Part shown: piece by piece, positions 17,218 to 24,775 of the stretch
Position numbering within the stretch: the stretch's first letter is position 1
How the letters are laid out: every line of letters begins with the position of its first letter
Origin: Nitrosomonas sp.
Lineage (GTDB): Bacteria; Pseudomonadota; Gammaproteobacteria; Burkholderiales; Nitrosomonadaceae
DNA length: 32,000 nucleotides
NCBI GenBank assembly: GCA_024281825.1
Contig: JAMWZY010000003.1
Span: 43,026-75,025, forward strand
Reading direction: 5' to 3'
The notes under the pieces: model-generated
The model's input: the letters and a program-made list of their open reading frames with translations, nothing else
The model's database searches: none
Told to the model about the DNA's origin: nothing
Translations under genes and position numbers: made by a program

Positions 17218-17522
17218 AAGCTGGAAAGTATCCATAGCGATTATTGATGGGGTCAAGAACACCATACGCCATATTAATTGATTTTTTGGATATGCCATTG
17301 TCGTATCCGTACTCGGTTCTATTATTGTCAATAAATAATGGAGCGTTAAAATTATCATAAAAGGATGTTTTGAAACTAATTGTAATCGGGCAAAAGAGGG
17401 TCTATTTCCATCTAAAGCTATTTCCAGAAAGCACGGTTTTTTTATAAAAAAATTCGCAGAGATAAACAAAGACCTGCTAGACAATCGATCATATTTACAA
17501 AACTCCTAACACATACCTTACA

Positions 17523-18947
17523 TCAATTTTTAATTTTTTCGAACAAAAGGTCATCCAACCATTCTTTCCAAGCAAGAAATTTTTTATTCAGCTTGTCGCT
17601 TTCTTGAACTACAGAAACTCTACTGACTTCCTGAGGACAATGAACTTTACTATTAACCGCAAGTAAAGCAGCGCCTTGCAAGCTCGCTTCTTTCTCCTGC
17701 AAATAATAAATGGGTAACGACACACACTGGCCAATGCCGTGCTGCAGGCAAGGCAGTGCTGACAATCCCCCCGATAAGTAAATTTCCGTTAGCGGTAATT
17801 GGCTATGAAAATCCTCAATGATACGTGCAATCCGGAAACAAATGGCTTCAAGTAGCAATACGACAATTTGTTGCTGCGTCAACAGCGAAGTTGATTGCGA
17901 AAAAAACAAACCATACTCTTGGCGAAAATACGGTGCACCTAATCCACTTGGCTCCGCAAGACAAAAAATATTATTACTGGCCATATCTTCGATTACGCAA
18001 CCTTCGATCGAATACGGCGCTAATACAGCGGCAATCGAATTCAACGTACCTTCGATCGCAAAACATGGTGCTTCACCGGCTGGCTGATAAACCAGCGTTT
18101 GTAGATAACCATTCAATACGGATGATTCTTGCGGAAGAGTTCGGATCACAAAACCACCGGTACCGAGATTAATCAAAGCTTGACCCGATACATTAGCTAA
18201 ATTCGTATTGACACTGGCAAGATAAGCTGCAGATTGATCTGCCATACTTGCTGTGAGCGTCAAATCAAACGACTCGAACGTGATATTGAGGCCAGTAGAA
18301 GATCGAATAGTCGGCAGAATTTCCAAAGGAATTTCAAATAATTCACACAGACTCTTCGACCATTGCTGCTGATGAATATCCATCAGCAAAGTACGTGCAG
18401 CCATAGAAGCATCGACCCAATAATGTTGCCCTCGAGTCCAACGCCAAATAAGAAAGGTATCAAGCGTACCAACCAACCACTGCTTTTGTATTAGTTTATC
18501 ACGCCACGACGGATTTTCTCGTAATAAAACATTGAGCTTAGGAGCAAAGTAGTAAGGCGTTAATCGTAACCCAGTCAAGCGTTGAATCAACCCAGTAGAT
18601 GCATGCAATCGATTGCAACATTCATTACCACGGGTATCTTGCCATGAGATCAAAGGAATAACAGGATCACCGCTGTTTCTTTCCCAAATCAAAAAAGAAG
18701 AACGCTGACTACATAAACCCAGTGGTGGTTTTTTATAAGTATGACTAAGACACTGTTTTAGAACTTGTTCGGCAATCGTTAAATAAACCAATCCATCACT
18801 TTCATAATATCCATTATGATGGTTAATAGCGGGTACATCCTGCCGAATGACATGACACAAATTTCCATCAGCATCCATCAAAGCAGCTTTAATAGAAGTC
18901 GTACCTAAATCAAGTGCAACTGCTGAAATATCAGAGCTATGCATCAT
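17523..18947 (-). CDS. FGGY-family carbohydrate kinase (glycerol-kinase-like)
   Basis: The N-terminal phosphate-1 motif is AVALDLGTTSIKAAL, and FGGY C-terminal blocks are present (GLGAPYF; LSGGLS). The track start 18986 would overlap glpD by 50 nt. ATG 18947 or 18944 (MMHSSDISAVALDLGTTS) gives an overlap of only 8-11 nt. Confidence 0.8.
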   Translation of the reverse strand: MMHSSDISAVALDLGTTSIKAALMDADGNLCHVIRQDVPAINHHNGYYESDGLVYLTIAEQVLKQCLSHTYKKPPLGLCSQRSSFLIWERNSGDPVIPLISWQDTRGNECCNRLHASTGLIQRLTGLRLTPYYFAPKLNVLLRENPSWRDKLIQKQWLVGTLDTFLIWRWTRGQHYWVDASMAARTLLMDIHQQQWSKSLCELFEIPLEILPTIRSSTGLNITFESFDLTLTASMADQSAAYLASVNTNLANVSGQALINLGTGGFVIRTLPQESSVLNGYLQTLVYQPAGEAPCFAIEGTLNSIAAVLAPYSIEGCVIEDMASNNIFCLAEPSGLGAPYFRQEYGLFFSQSTSLLTQQQIVVLLLEAICFRIARIIEDFHSQLPLTEIYLSGGLSALPCLQHGIGQCVSLPIYYLQEKEASLQGAALLAVNSKVHCPQEVSRVSVVQESDKLNKKFLAWKEWLDDLLFEKIKN

Positions 18948-20523
18948 TACTGCAACGATCAACTTCCTGCGCCACTCTGACAGCATCCCAATTCAAAGTA
19001 TCGACCACACAGTATGCGATACGCTGCAGTTGCTCTTTGTGGAGCTTGGCGAGAATCAACAAAGGCATGCGGCGACGTAACAAATCATCCAAATGGATTA
19101 CCATTTCGGATTCAGCGCAATGAAGCAAATCCGCATAGATCAAAGGAAGCGATGGAATAATGCGTTGCGCAAGTTGTGGTTGCTTTTCAATACGATGAAA
19201 AATTTTGCTCGTTTGCGTGCCATGCCGCCGTAAAAGCCAACGCGTGCTCTCATCATCAATCCTTAGCATTGAAGCATGGGATTGCATCTGTTCCCACCAA
19301 ACTTGAAAGGCATTACTCGGTGCCCACGGAAATAACTGTTGCGTTGCGCAAGATCGAAAATTGCCAAGTTGAGTACAGACTTTATCAACGATAGCTGTGG
19401 CATCTTGTCTAGCGGAGGTAATTTTTCCGCCGATGGAATAATGAATATCATCCGCTTGGGATTTTAATTCCCAATCGCGACTAACAGAAGAGGGAGAATC
19501 CTGTAAACCCAATTGGCCTTCTCGTTTAAAAACACGGACTCCCACGAAATGACCGATAATATCCTGTTCGCTCCAAGGAATTTGTAAGTAATCGTTGACT
19601 GCATCGAGTAAATAACGAATATCGCTCGGATCAACCTTTACATTGGTAACATCACCTCGGAATTCGGTGTCTGTAGTACCCAATAAAGTCATGCCATACC
19701 ACGGAATTAGGAAAAATACCCGACCGTCTGACCGTGCGGTCAAAAGCAATGCTTTATCACCTGGAACAGCCGGCATCATTAAATGAATACCTTTTGCAAG
19801 TAGGCACCATTGCTGACTGTATCGATCATTAACAAGCCATTGCCCAGTAGTAAAAACGATTTGCTTAAAATAAATTGCTTGCTGTTTCTTGGTCACTTGA
19901 TCTTGAATTAATGCGCCATTAAGGTTCTCTTCTCTTGCAAGAAATTGAATAAATTGGCAGTAATTAACACAGCACGCACCAGCATCGAGAGCGCCAGCGA
20001 TAAGCTCTAATACTAGACGGGCATCATCAGTTTGCGCATCGGAATAAATAAAACTCCCTTGAAGCGCATTGTTACGAAGGTAAGGAAAATGCGTCATTAA
20101 TGACCCTGCATCTAAGTAACGGTGATATGCCTTTGAGCGCGTTTCTCCAGCCAACCAATCGTACAACATCAAGCCAATTTTTAACTTGAATCGGTTCAAG
20201 TAATGATTACGCTGGTATGAATATAATGGTATGCCAAATTGCAACGGCCAAACACGGTGAGGTGCAATTCGTAACAACAGTTCGCGCTCTTTGAGTGATT
20301 TGCTAACAAGCTTGAAATCATAAGTTTCTAAATAACGCAAACCACCATGAATCAGTTTACTAGATGCCGATGAAGTAGCACTGGCCCAGTCGTTTTGTTC
20401 GATAATTGCAACTTTGAGGCCACGCAATGCTGCATCATAAGCGGTCCATGCACCATAGATCCCGCCGCCACATACCAACAAATCAAAAGATTGACACGAC
20501 AGCGCGGTAAAATCTCTTCTCAT
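18937..20523 (-). CDS. glpD: FAD-dependent glycerol-3-phosphate dehydrogenase
   Basis: 528-aa ORF. The N-terminal dinucleotide fold is FDLLVCGGGIYGAWTAYDAALRGLKVAIIEQNDWASATSSASSKLIHGGLRYLE, as in GlpD. The start overlaps the upstream stop (ATGA at 20523..20520). Confidence 0.9.
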   Translation of the reverse strand: MRRDFTALSCQSFDLLVCGGGIYGAWTAYDAALRGLKVAIIEQNDWASATSSASSKLIHGGLRYLETYDFKLVSKSLKERELLLRIAPHRVWPLQFGIPLYSYQRNHYLNRFKLKIGLMLYDWLAGETRSKAYHRYLDAGSLMTHFPYLRNNALQGSFIYSDAQTDDARLVLELIAGALDAGACCVNYCQFIQFLAREENLNGALIQDQVTKKQQAIYFKQIVFTTGQWLVNDRYSQQWCLLAKGIHLMMPAVPGDKALLLTARSDGRVFFLIPWYGMTLLGTTDTEFRGDVTNVKVDPSDIRYLLDAVNDYLQIPWSEQDIIGHFVGVRVFKREGQLGLQDSPSSVSRDWELKSQADDIHYSIGGKITSARQDATAIVDKVCTQLGNFRSCATQQLFPWAPSNAFQVWWEQMQSHASMLRIDDESTRWLLRRHGTQTSKIFHRIEKQPQLAQRIIPSLPLIYADLLHCAESEMVIHLDDLLRRRMPLLILAKLHKEQLQRIAYCVVDTLNWDAVRVAQEVDRCSNDA

Positions 20524-21254
20524 CGATCTCGAATGATGAGCGCTTTTTTTGGAAAATCGCTAATGAGAATGTCTACCCCCAGTTGCAATGCTTTATTAAT
20601 CTGCATTTCACTATTACAGGTATAAACACCGATACATTTGCGATGATTGCGCAACAGACTAACAATTTCCAGATCGATGATATCGATCGGCAAACAAAAC
20701 CCATGCAAAAAAGGGTGAGCTACGTTAACTTTGTGCACATCGGCAGCTGATTGATCACTCTCAGTATTATACATCAGTGGAAAATCAGGCAGATAGTCAT
20801 GTGCATCAACAAGGCTTGCTAAATTAAATGACGACACGATAATCTGATGATCTGGGTTTTTTCCGATCATATTCAATGTTTGGTGCATTTTTAACCGATG
20901 ACGAGCGCGAGATTCCCAATCACGATTTTTGATTTCAACCAATAATCGACAACGTGCTCGGTAAGTAGCTAGAAAATCTTGCAATGTCATTGGGCCTTGA
21001 TGCTCATCAGAAAATGCGCGTGACATCAACTCCTTCAGTTGAAGATAATCAAAATCATCAATATGCTTATCACTGAGTCCAATTTTGTCGAGATAGCGAT
21101 CATGCCATAGCACCGCAATTTCATCTCGGGTTAACTGAACATCCGTTTCAATCCCATCGATTGGATAATTCAATGCTTTATCAAAAGCACCGCGTGTGTT
21201 TTCCAATGCCTCGGAATTTGCACCACGGTGTGCATAGACCAAAACCTTACTCAT
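20520..21254 (-). CDS. cytoplasmic glycerophosphodiester phosphodiesterase (GDPD family, UgpQ-like)
   Basis: 244-aa ORF with no signal peptide. GDPD catalytic blocks are VYAHRGANSEALENTRGAF and GIETDVQLTRDEIAVLWHD. Confidence 0.9.
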   Translation of the reverse strand: MSKVLVYAHRGANSEALENTRGAFDKALNYPIDGIETDVQLTRDEIAVLWHDRYLDKIGLSDKHIDDFDYLQLKELMSRAFSDEHQGPMTLQDFLATYRARCRLLVEIKNRDWESRARHRLKMHQTLNMIGKNPDHQIIVSSFNLASLVDAHDYLPDFPLMYNTESDQSAADVHKVNVAHPFLHGFCLPIDIIDLEIVSLLRNHRKCIGVYTCNSEMQINKALQLGVDILISDFPKKALIIRDR

Positions 21255-21322
21255 TGTAATCTTCCATAGCTGTCAAATCTTTCGATGCTACTGCAATCAC
21301 ATGACTGATTCGAATCAAGTTA

Positions 21323-22480
21323 TTACTTGGCTCCTGACTTCAACAATTCAACGATGGCGGGATCTTTGGCAATTTCAGCAGCAGTTTTACCTTTTTTACT
21401 TTTGAGACTAGTATTGGCTCCTTTCTGCAGCAAAGTTTTTACAGTATCCGCATGATCGTGCAATCCCGCCCACATTAAAGCCGTTACACCATCATCATTT
21501 TGCAAATCAATTTTTGCGCCACTTTCAAGTAAAACTTCAATTACATTAGTATGTCCATTCTGTGCAGCCAGTATCAGTGGTGTAAATCCATTGGATGCCT
21601 TATGATCGACTTTTGCACCATGTTTAATGAGCACTTTAACCATTTCGGCATTACCGATCAATGCCGAAATCGTCAACGCGGTTGCATTATTTTTATCTTG
21701 CTGGTCAACCTTCGCACCTTTTTTCAATAAAGTGTGGACAATATCAACATGATTATTTTGTGCAGCAATGTACAGAGGTGTAGTGCCATTAACAGCGAGC
21801 AAATCAAATGCCGCATTTTTAGCCAATAAAATATCGACAATATCCTTGTGCCCATTTCTCGCCGCCATATACAACGCAGTAGTATTGTCCACTGCGCGGT
21901 GATCGATTTGGGCACCTTTCGCTAAAAGTTTATCAACAATAGCGCTTCGCCCTTCCAGTGCAGCAATGATGAGTGCCGTAACTTTATCTTTGGTTTGCAA
22001 GTGAATATCGGCCCCTTTAGCGATTAAAACATCCGCTATGCTTTCGTGATTTTTCTGAATGGCCAACATCAATGCAGTGATGCCTTCCGTAGTTTGTGCG
22101 TTGATTTGCGCACCTTTGGCTAATAAGGCTTTAACAATCTCCACATGCCCGTTCTTGGTTGCGAGCATTAACGCTGTAGTATCTCCAGCATTCTTCAAAT
22201 TCACATCAGCATTCTTTTCCAGCAGCATCGTCACAATATCACTATGGCCGTACTGAGCAGCAACCATCAATGCGCTAAATTTTTTCTCATTTTGGAAATT
22301 GATGTCGGCGCCTTTATCTATCAATTCCTTGACGATTTTTGCATCACCCGAAAAGGCTGCTTTGAGTAACTCCTCTTCATTACTTTCTGCCGAAACATTG
22401 GCGGCAAACAAAAACAGAAAAGCAAGCACAACAATGGCAAGAGCAGGCATGAAATGAGTCAGTTTCTTTGTAAAATTCAT
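21323..22480 (-). CDS. secreted ankyrin-repeat protein (11 tandem ANK units)
   Basis: 385-aa ORF. A 31-aa Sec signal peptide (..AANVSA|ES) is followed by ten complete 33-aa ANK repeats and a 24-aa C-terminal cap, all in register with no indels (pattern xGxTALMxAAxxGHxxIVxxLLxKGAxxN). Confidence 0.9.
   Translation of the reverse strand: MNFTKKLTHFMPALAIVVLAFLFLFAANVSAESNEEELLKAAFSGDAKIVKELIDKGADINFQNEKKFSALMVAAQYGHSDIVTMLLEKNADVNLKNAGDTTALMLATKNGHVEIVKALLAKGAQINAQTTEGITALMLAIQKNHESIADVLIAKGADIHLQTKDKVTALIIAALEGRSAIVDKLLAKGAQIDHRAVDNTTALYMAARNGHKDIVDILLAKNAAFDLLAVNGTTPLYIAAQNNHVDIVHTLLKKGAKVDQQDKNNATALTISALIGNAEMVKVLIKHGAKVDHKASNGFTPLILAAQNGHTNVIEVLLESGAKIDLQNDDGVTALMWAGLHDHADTVKTLLQKGANTSLKSKKGKTAAEIAKDPAIVELLKSGAK
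21326..22387 (-). repeat. tandem 99-bp (33-codon) ankyrin repeat array within the CDS
   Basis: Strict 33-residue periodicity counted by hand from E32 to the C-terminus (354 aa = 10 x 33 + 24). Confidence 0.85.
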
Positions 22481-22647
22481 TGATTACACCTATGAGAAAT
22501 ATTTTTATTATGGAAATCGAATTTGTTCGTGTTACATTGTTTAAAGGGTCATTTTACCTGAGAACAATGTACATCACCCAGTTGAGATTGCTGATTTTTA
22601 CTATGAATTTTCTCCGCATCTTATTAACGTAATTGAGCTTCCATAGT

Positions 22648-23394
22648 ATGACAAACGATTGGATTGTTCCCCATTGGCCAGCGCCAAATCACGTCAAAGC
22701 TTTATTCACCACACGCCAAGGCGGTTTTAGCAGCGGCAGTAATCAGCAATATGCATCACTCAATTTAGGAACGCACGTAAACGACGATTTACTGCATGTG
22801 GAACAAAATCGCACTCAGTTACGCCATTTTTTGCCGAGTGAACCAAAATGGTTAGAGCAAGTGCATGGCATATCTTCGATTTGGGTCGATGAGAAAACTA
22901 CGTCAATAATACCAGCGGATGCTGCGATGACAAAACAACGCGGTATTGTCTGCGCAGTCATGGTGGCAGACTGCCTGCCAATTCTGTTGTGTGATCGAAT
23001 TGGCACCGTAGTAGCAGTGATTCATGCTGGCTGGCGAGGGCTCGCTGGAGGAATTATTGAAAAAACGGTAACCGCAATGCCAGTGAACCATAAAGATTTA
23101 ATAGCATGGCTTGGCCCTGCGATTGGACCGGATCACTTTGAAGTGGGTATTGAGGTTTATGACGCATTTGTTCAGCAGGATAAACAAGCCGAACAAGCTT
23201 TTGTACCAACCGATGGTGTTAAAAAGAAATGGCTGGCTGATATTTTTTTGCTAGCGCGACAACGCTTATTGCGTGCTGGCATCACGCAGATTGATGGCGG
23301 AGGGATTTGCACATATTGTGATTCTGGGCGATTTTTTTCTTATCGCCGTGACGGTGAAACAGGACGCATGGCAGCGTTGATTTGGTTGGTGTAG
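22648..23394 (+). CDS. pgeF: YfiH/PgeF family protein (purine nucleoside phosphorylase / peptidoglycan editing factor, formerly laccase-domain protein)
   Basis: Conserved blocks are HGISSIWVDE, VMVADCLPILL, AVIHAGWRGLAGGIIEKT, IGPDHFEVG and FFSYRRDG. The track start 22633 is a TTG; ATG 22648 (MTNDWIVPHW) is preferred. Confidence 0.85.
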   Translation: MTNDWIVPHWPAPNHVKALFTTRQGGFSSGSNQQYASLNLGTHVNDDLLHVEQNRTQLRHFLPSEPKWLEQVHGISSIWVDEKTTSIIPADAAMTKQRGIVCAVMVADCLPILLCDRIGTVVAVIHAGWRGLAGGIIEKTVTAMPVNHKDLIAWLGPAIGPDHFEVGIEVYDAFVQQDKQAEQAFVPTDGVKKKWLADIFLLARQRLLRAGITQIDGGGICTYCDSGRFFSYRRDGETGRMAALIWLV

Positions 23395-23424
23395 TCCGAT
23401 TTCGAGGTATTTTCTTCTTTGATC

Positions 23425-23454
23425 TTCAACATATGCACCGGTAGCAGGTATAAT
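23425..23454 (+). promoter_or_regulatory. candidate sigma-70 promoter for zupT (TTCAAC-N18-TATAAT) bracketed by a short inverted repeat
   Basis: A consensus -10 TATAAT lies at 23449..23454 and TTCAAC at 23425..23430. ATGCAC (23433..23438) and GTGCAT (23456..23461) flank the -10. By eye only. Confidence 0.3.
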
Positions 23455-23478
23455 CGTGCATTTATTTAAAATTCATTG

Positions 23479-24273
23479 ATGTCAACACTCGCCTGGATTA
23501 TTACTGTTAGTTTATTGGGTGGCGTGTTGAGTTTGTTGTTTGCTGCCATACTAGCGTTTAACGCGCGAATATCCTGGCTATCTGTTTTAGTATCCTATGC
23601 TATTGGCGCTTTATTAGGCGCCGCGTTCCTCAATACATTGCCCGAAGCATTTGAGCATGCGGAAAACCCGATGCAGGTAACAATGACCGTATTGATTGGT
23701 ATTCTAGTCTTTTTCATCCTGGAAAAATTAGTATTATGGCGTCATTGCCATCTCGAAGATTGTGAGGTGCACGATTTACCACGTGAGCATTCACCCATAC
23801 ATCATACGGATCACGATCACGGACGCAGCGGAATGATGGTGATTGTTGGAGATGCATTTCATAATTTTGTCGATGGCATTCTGATTGCGGCGGCTTTTAT
23901 GGTCGATGTACAATTAGGAATCGTGACTTCAATCGCCATCATCGCGCACGAAATTCCGCAAGAAGCCGGAGATTTCATCATTTTGCTGAATTCAGGCTAT
24001 ACCCGTCGTCAGGCTTTTCTATTAAATTTGTTTTCAACATTCGCCACGGTAGTGGGAGGAGTGCTCGCCTATTTTATGTTGCATAATATGAATCACCTAG
24101 TGCAACCGCTACTGGCCTTTGCTTCCGCCAGCATGATTTATGTTGCGATGTCCGATTTGATTCCGGGTTTGCATCGAAGGCCAGAAATTCGTGCGACCAT
24201 ACAGCAAGTCAGCTTGATTTTGTTAGGAATTGCCTCGATTTGGTTGATGGGAAATTTTTTCCCTCACGATTGA
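23479..24273 (+). CDS. zupT: ZIP-family divalent metal (zinc) transporter
   Basis: About 264 aa of polytopic membrane protein. It has a His-rich cytoplasmic loop (HSPIHHTDHDHGRSG) and ZIP signature helices (GDAFHNFVDG; IAIIAHEIPQEAGDF). The ATG at 23479 is preferred over the adjacent TTG at 23476. Confidence 0.85.
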   Translation: MSTLAWIITVSLLGGVLSLLFAAILAFNARISWLSVLVSYAIGALLGAAFLNTLPEAFEHAENPMQVTMTVLIGILVFFILEKLVLWRHCHLEDCEVHDLPREHSPIHHTDHDHGRSGMMVIVGDAFHNFVDGILIAAAFMVDVQLGIVTSIAIIAHEIPQEAGDFIILLNSGYTRRQAFLLNLFSTFATVVGGVLAYFMLHNMNHLVQPLLAFASASMIYVAMSDLIPGLHRRPEIRATIQQVSLILLGIASIWLMGNFFPHD

Positions 24274-24310
24274 GGGTATAAGGTTCTATTTTTGATAGGT
24301 ATTTACAAAT

Positions 24311-24757
24311 ATGAAAACTGTGTTATTACGAAAATTGATGGTATTTTGGATGTTAGTTGTCTGCATGTTGTCGCATGCCTATGCAACAGAAACCAATAAT
24401 ATACTGGAACAAGTTGAAGGAAGCGCGCGTGCCTGGTTAGTGTTGATCGATAATGGAAAATACGCAGATGGTTGGCAACAGGCATCTCCTTTATTACAGA
24501 AAAAAACTTCGCAGCAAGAGTGGATTAAAATGATAACTGAGCTACGCAAGTCACGCGGAACCGCAAATGCGCGCTATATTGCCACGGCAAATTCTGCGAA
24601 ATCACTTTCCGGATTTCCGGATGGAGACTATGTCATATTGCAGTTCTATACCACTTTTTCAGAGAAAGGACTTGCTCTTGAAGCAATCACATTGGTCAAG
24701 TCAAATGACAAAAACGATAGTGAAGGTTGGAAAATCGCAGAATATTCGATGCGTTAA
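24311..24757 (+). CDS. DUF4019-like exported protein
   Basis: 148-aa ORF with a signal peptide (MVFWMLVVCMLSHAYA). The body pattern (WLVLIDNGKYADGWQQAS ... QQEWIKMITELRKSRG ... GDYVILQFYTTF ... GWKIAEYSM) is what I recall for DUF4019. Confidence 0.65.
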   Translation: MKTVLLRKLMVFWMLVVCMLSHAYATETNNILEQVEGSARAWLVLIDNGKYADGWQQASPLLQKKTSQQEWIKMITELRKSRGTANARYIATANSAKSLSGFPDGDYVILQFYTTFSEKGLALEAITLVKSNDKNDSEGWKIAEYSMR

Positions 24758-24775
24758 ACAAACCCGGAGCGAAAA

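Noticed and set aside
17206-17484. 92-aa minus-strand ORF in the leader region upstream of the glycan operon
   Set aside because: It has no RBS, no recognisable motif and an implausible composition. It also overlaps the less likely TTG-extended version of the GT4 gene. I treat it as non-coding leader or promoter DNA.
21323-22480. The ankyrin-repeat gene as a eukaryote-derived secreted effector on a horizontally acquired island
   Set aside because: The signal is an ordinary Sec signal peptide, which points to the periplasm. There are no secretion-system genes or mobility genes, and the composition does not visibly break from the neighbouring glp genes.
22533-22571. 9-bp inverted repeat TACATTGTT...AACAATGTA in the divergent ankyrin/pgeF promoter region
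   Set aside because: It has a long 21-nt spacer in AT-rich sequence, so a chance occurrence is plausible. There is no adjacent regulator gene to tie it to.
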